A DNA stretch of 25,510 bases from a virus (taxonomy: Duplodnaviria > Caudoviricetes): positions 1 to 25,510 of the IMG/VR virus record IMGVR_UViG_3300020043_002318; one strand, given 5' to 3'. The stretch's first letter is position 1. Each line of letters begins with the position of its first letter. The notes under the pieces were generated by a model. It saw only the letters and a program-made list of their open reading frames with translations, had not been told where the DNA came from and ran no database searches. The translations under genes and the position numbers were made by a program. Positions 25,497 to 25,510 of this stretch are shown here, piece by piece.

Positions 25497-25510
25497 TAGA
25501 GTATATATAT

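Noticed and set aside
1-25510. CRISPR array, tRNA, integrase/att, intron/intein, DGR repeats
   Set aside because: None recognisable by eye; the terminase is compact and uninterrupted, and no reverse transcriptase or TR/VR pair is seen in this window.

Overview
A roughly 25.5 kb piece of a long-tailed (siphovirus-like) Caudoviricetes genome. All credible genes are on the minus strand. Read right to left it contains: the end of the replication region (dyad-symmetric ori-like element, VRR-NUC nuclease, stand-alone DnaA domain-IV-like protein); terS/terL; a portal fused to an unknown domain and a Mu gpF-like domain; HK97-type protease and capsid; a head decoration/fibre cluster; a lysis block (holin, metallophosphoesterase, HExxH peptidase, TIGR02594 amidase); neck genes; a family-2 glycosyltransferase; tail tube, tail chaperone, tape measure and tail tip genes; a terminator; then a TTGACA-N18-TATTTTTGC promoter driving small early-type genes. 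The most striking pattern is three perfect DnaA boxes plus one single-mismatch box, all in the same orientation. Each lies exactly 18 nt upstream of a TAnnTT-like element and precedes a late module (terS, protease/capsid, holin, tape measure). The phage also encodes a DnaA DNA-binding-domain protein next to the first box, which suggests a DnaA-box-based late transcription switch. Other points are a +1 (UUU-CGA) tail chaperone frameshift, a candidate H-type pseudoknot/terminator, and repeated ETK cleavage-like motifs in the portal polyprotein. Functional calls come from motif recognition and gene order only; no database search was run.
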